Source: Trichodesmium erythraeum IMS101 (GTDB taxonomy: Bacteria; Cyanobacteriota; Cyanobacteriia; Cyanobacteriales; Microcoleaceae). From it: a DNA stretch of 32,000 nucleotides. The stretch lies in NCBI RefSeq assembly GCF_000014265.1, contig NC_008312.1:7440001-7472000 (forward strand), written 5' to 3'. Each line of letters starts with the position of its first letter. Position 1 is the stretch's first letter. The notes below the pieces were generated by a model. It was given only the letters and a program-made list of their open reading frames with translations, was not told the origin of the DNA and ran no database searches. Shown piece after piece: positions 28,070 through 32,000 of this stretch. The position numbers were made by a program, and so were the translations under genes.

Positions 28070-28640
28070 AAAAATGAAAACTTAAACCGAGCAATTTTGG
28101 TTAGTGACTTTAGCTATTTATGCTGCTATCAGCTACAAGTTCCATAACCCAGTTGCTGTTAACATTAATTTGTTATCAAAATCATTTTTTTGATTACGGT
28201 AAATCTGATTTACAGCCCCATAGCGTTTGATACCTGCAAAGGCGTTTTCACATATCACCCGCTTATTGACTCAATTTCTGATTTTTAAGGCTTTGCTATT
28301 GCTGTTAATTCTCCCCCTTTTTGTTTTTTATGGGGTATGCTGATATTTTCAGACTGATGTTGAATACCTTGCAACCTACTCATAACTTCAATTGGTATCT
28401 CCACAGGTATATTTCCTATCAACTTTTCCTGGTGTAGGAGTTTCAAGTCATGTAACTTTCCCTCTCTTGCCTTACTCAACAAGAACACTCGCTTATTTTG
28501 GTATACTGCTGCTAGATGTTTGCGAGATAGAGGCTTTTTTTTCCTGAATAATTCAGTTTTTGTTTTTCTGAGCCCGTTGGTCGTTGCACTGCCGGTTCTA
28601 TGCCATCCATTACCACTCGTTCTACTCCAGGAAAACGCTC
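28070..28640 (-). pseudogene. DDE_Tnp_4-type transposase fragment (different lineage from copies A-C)
   Basis: ...ERFPGVERVVMDGIEPAVQRPTGSEKQKLNYSGKKS... and ...EGKLHDLKLLHQEKLIGNIP...IPHKKQKGGELTAIAKP. It contains stops and is truncated by the IS427-like insertion at 28641. Confidence 0.55.
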
Positions 28641-28938
28641 TATAGAAGCCATTTTGGATCTTTCTGAAAGACTATAATGGATAGAAAATGCCATATTCTA
28701 GTAGCTTGACAGATGAGGAGTGGGTTATAATTGAACCCCTGTTACCCAAAAAGAAAAGAACTTTTCCCCCCAAATGGACTAAAAGAGAAATATTGGATGG
28801 TGTTCTCTACCAACTTCAGAATGGTTGTAACTGGTGTGATTTACCCAAGCATTTACCTCCTTATTCGACGGTATTTTGGCACTACAAACAATGGCATATT
28901 GGAAGGGGTAATTGAGAAGATTAGAGATGTTTTACATT

Positions 28939-30075
28939 AGACATATCCAAAAATACCCACTTCCCTTACTGTGACTATTTTTCAAGGAATTAGCGCCTAA
29001 TCCCCCAGATAGTCATTTTTTACATACTTTATGGTGTTAGAGATAGTTACTGTTTATTATTCACCATATTGAGCTGTTGTTTTTGTTATCTTCTTTTCTA
29101 CATATAGTAGGGTTCATGCTAATATTAATGCTCCTATTCTTAGTCTGACTAAACCACATATTGTTAAAATTACCTTTTCATAATTATATTCTTTTAATCT
29201 GAACCTTTCTCTAACTATTCCAAATATTTTGAGCAACCTAATAACATGTTCCACAAAGATTCTCTTTTTAGCTAATTTCAAGTTATTTTCTTTCATTTTT
29301 GGTGACATTTCTTGTTTTCTAGGCTTTTTTTTTGGTGTTATAGTTCTCTCTGCTCCTTGATACCCTTTATCTCCCTGAAATTTTTGTTATTTATCAAATT
29401 TTGAAAGTTGTTTTATGAGTAAATTTACATCGCTTTCTGGACCTCTTTGTCCCACATTCACATCTACTATTTCTGTACCTTTTTCTGTCGTTATTATTTG
29501 GTTTTTTAATGTATAGTTTTTCTTTTTTCCAGAGTAATATTTTTTCTGTTTATCATCAGAGTATGGCCTATATATGCTTTTTTCTGTACTATCTACAATT
29601 AATTCTTGTTCTGTTAAAATTTATTGTATCCATAAATATTCGTCTTCTTTTTTTTGAAATTGTTCTAACAAGCTACTAGGCAGTAACTCTTGTAATATAT
29701 CTATCCAAAGCCTGAAAAATATTATTTGCTGTTGATGAGCTGAAACCAAAGTATATTCCTAGTATTTGGAATGTGGAGAAATGGCGTAAATAGTATAAAG
29801 TTAAGATGATTTATTCCTCGAGTTTTAAGCTTTTTTTTCTGACTCCTCCTGTCTTAATTAGTCTTTTTTCTTGACTAGCGATCGCCTGTCTTTTTTTTAA
29901 TGCAAGTCTTTGAGCATTTCCTAATATTTTTTTAAATTGCTCATTGGTAATCCCAATAACTCTTTTTATTTCTTTTGGGTGGTTATTAATATATTCTAAT
30001 ATCTGAGTCATTAGTATATAGTTTTTACAAATTTTTCATGACAATTATACCTTAATTTTTATTTTGGAGATGTCT
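28939..30075 (-). mobile_element. Harbinger/PIF-like (DDE_Tnp_4) IS, copy C, 3-bp TSD ATT
   Basis: Termini are AGACATATCCAAAAA ... TTTTGGAGATGTCT. ATT lies at 28936-28938 and 30076-30078. The ORF pieces are MTQILEYINNHPKEIKRVIGITNEQ... and ...RIFVEHVIRLLKIFGIVRERFRLKEYNYEKV... Confidence 0.8.
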
Positions 30076-30411
30076 ATTGGGATTTCTGCGTCAAAAGGTA
30101 AAAAAAAGCGCTCCGGGACAACTTTAATCATCATTGACTCACTAATCATCAAAAATACTTGTAATGCAAGTACAGAGTCGAAAGGATTTTTATTACAGAG
30201 TACTAATGGAATCAAGCGGCATCTAGCAGTAGATAGCCTCGGTTTTCCTTTTTTTACTCATTTAAGCAATATCAGTCTCTGATGATGTGGGATTAATTGA
30301 AATGTTGTCTGACAATATTGATTACTTCAAATCTAAACCTGTCAATATTCCTAAAATCACTATTCTTCTCCACAGGACGGATATCACCCGGAAAAATTAA
30401 CGATTGAGTTG

Positions 30412-31492
30412 GGCTTTGTTGCATGAAAGTAGTGATCGCCAAAAACTTCCATCAGGAAGTTAACTAGATTTTCACTTTGTGACTTTTGGGTTTACCTGTT
30501 TGAATCATACGGTTCAGCATGGCACATTGTATGAACAACTCTACTGCTTGGGCTTTCGAATTTTCCTCGTCGTAACTGACCTCCAAAGCTCACTTTGAGT
30601 CTAAACATTGTGGTTTCTGATAGAGAACGCCGATGGTAACCACTTTCATGCTTCCATTTTTGGCGTCCTACCTTTCTGATTCTTCTGAGGTTTTCATCTC
30701 TGGGATGAGGTGGGCATTTGCAGTTGCCGTGTTGACCTATTACTGCATTTTTCCTGGGTGGAATTGTTACTTTTGCTCCTAGTTGGTTAGCTTTCTGGTA
30801 ACATTTATACTTGTGCTCTGCTCCATCTCCTGATACTTGGGCTATTTCCCCATCTACTCCATTTCTCAAGTTCAGAAAATGCTTGTGAATCACTGACATC
30901 ATTGGTAGTCACTACTCCACTGACAATCTCTCCTGTAGCCTCATTTACTCCTAGGTGTAATTTACCCCATGTACGCCGTTTACTGACACCATGAACTTTT
31001 GTTTTCCATTCACCTTCTCCGTAAACTTTCACCCCTGTAGAGTCTACTACTGTACGGAATAGTTTCATTAGTTGGTATAACTGGCAGTTGGATATTCAGT
31101 TTGAGCAAGCGACAGGATACAGTGCTATGGTCTGGTACTGGTAAATCTAAGTCCATCAATTGAAATATAGATTCGACAAAACCTTCAGTCTGTCGTCCGG
31201 CCAGACCAAACAATGATTGTATAGTGACCATAAATTCAATGGCCGTATTGCTATAGGTATTTGATGCCCCCCTACGTCCAGTTTTTTGTTGATTTACCCA
31301 CTGCTCTATGACTTCATCATTCAACCAAAATGTGAGGCTCCCTCTCTGTCTTAGGGACGCATCAGACCTACGACCAGTTGCTGAAGAGGTACTTAGACTT
31401 GGACTTGGACTTACTCATCTCTACCCTTACTATAGGTTTCTTGTGCCACACGCTTATTGTTACCATATTTTCTATCTTTATACAACAAAGCC
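30412..31492 (-). mobile_element. IS5-family IS903-group element, copy 3 (1081 bp), 9-bp TSD ATTGAGTTG
   Basis: It has GGCTTTGTTG termini. ATTGAGTTG lies at 30403-30411 and 31493-31501. Removing the element plus one repeat restores ...PEKLTIELKKIYPAI... of the host IS427-like OrfB. Confidence 0.9.
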
Positions 31493-31760
31493 ATTGAGTT
31501 GAAAAAAATTTATCCAGCGATTATGACCAAGATTCGGTTTAAGCTCTCACCTAAGCCCTCGAAAGCCCTCGAAGAAGAAGCAGGGACAAAGGGGTTTAAT
31601 CAGATGGGTCATTGAAAGAACTAATTCTTGGATGGAAAGATGTAAGAGTTTAGTCAAAAAAATTGATGGGAACTCTTGAGAATGCCACCACCAAGATTAA
31701 TCTTTGTTTTGTTAGACTTATGCTGAAGAGATTGGCGTTGGCAGAGGATGGTGGCGGTAG

Positions 31761-32000
31761 CTATATCGCCTGAACGGCAAAAAAAGATCCACTCAGGGGT
31801 TTTATATTAACCTTACCCACTTTGTTGAGCTGCTCTTGGATGTTATTGGGTAATTCAACTCCCAAGGTATCACCCAGAAATTCTATAGCTTCTGTGGGAG
31901 AAAATTCCCCTGAAAATTTATAACCCGTAGGATTCTGAGCCGTTCCTTCAATGATTAAAGTAGGATTTGTAGCACTAATCTGTTGAGTAATGGGGGTTAA
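31761..32000 (-). CDS. Partial hypothetical ORF entering from the right edge, 3' end truncated by the IS terminus
   Basis: The reverse strand is open from 32000 and reads LTPITQQISATNPTLIIEGTAQNPTGYKFSGEFSPTEAIEFLGDTLGVELPNNIQEQLNKVGKVNIKPLSGSFFAVQAI*. The last codons and the stop (31761-31763) lie inside the type C' terminus. Confidence 0.4.
   Translation of the reverse strand, partial: LTPITQQISATNPTLIIEGTAQNPTGYKFSGEFSPTEAIEFLGDTLGVELPNNIQEQLNKVGKVNIKPLSGSFFAVQAI

Larger units (their letters stand above)
28641..31765 (+). mobile_element. Diverged IS427-like element (type C'), split into three pieces by two nested IS
   Basis: The left TIR TATAGAAGCCATTTTGGATCT is at 28641. OrfA is MPYSSSLTDEEWVIIEPLLPKKKR...GCNWCDLPKHLPPYSTVFWHYKQW. 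The middle piece (30079-30411) reads KKKRSGTTLIIIDSLIIKNTCNAS... The end piece (31493-31765) reads ELKKIYPAIMTKIRFKL... and terminates in ...GCTATA. It is frame-broken. Confidence 0.75.

Overview
This looks like a cyanobacterial chromosome segment: it carries psaK and repeated HIP1 octamers (GCGATCGC), and is AT-rich by eye. It is essentially an insertion-sequence graveyard. By my boundary calls about 85% of the 32 kb is transposon-derived (982-21533, 24338-25481, 25900-26166, 26504-31765). At least 12 IS types are present, most in 2-3 near-identical copies, and many are nested inside one another. They include four or more IS630 lineages, an IS903-group IS5 element, IS427-like IS5 elements, an IS701-like element, an IS4-superfamily 'type D' element plus a derived MITE, Harbinger-like DDE_Tnp_4 elements, IS1-like and ISAzo13-like elements, and a TnpB remnant. 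Most transposase genes are frame-broken. Several broken copies nevertheless carry clean, distinct target-site duplications. Ordinary genes are few: a partial HTH gene, psaK, and a 2.8-kb islet at 21541-24337. The islet holds an acidic 134-aa ORF, an HNH-like protein that has lost its catalytic His and Asn, and a ribbon-helix-helix protein. There is also an orphan HMA metallochaperone gene and a truncated ORF at the right edge. I found no rRNA, tRNA or CRISPR array, and no convincing multi-gene defence or biosynthetic system. The best candidates for something new are the degenerate-HNH islet with its operator-like repeat, a possible structured RNA at 22832-23171, and the apparent mobility of defective IS copies. 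All family calls come from motif recognition by eye and need database confirmation.
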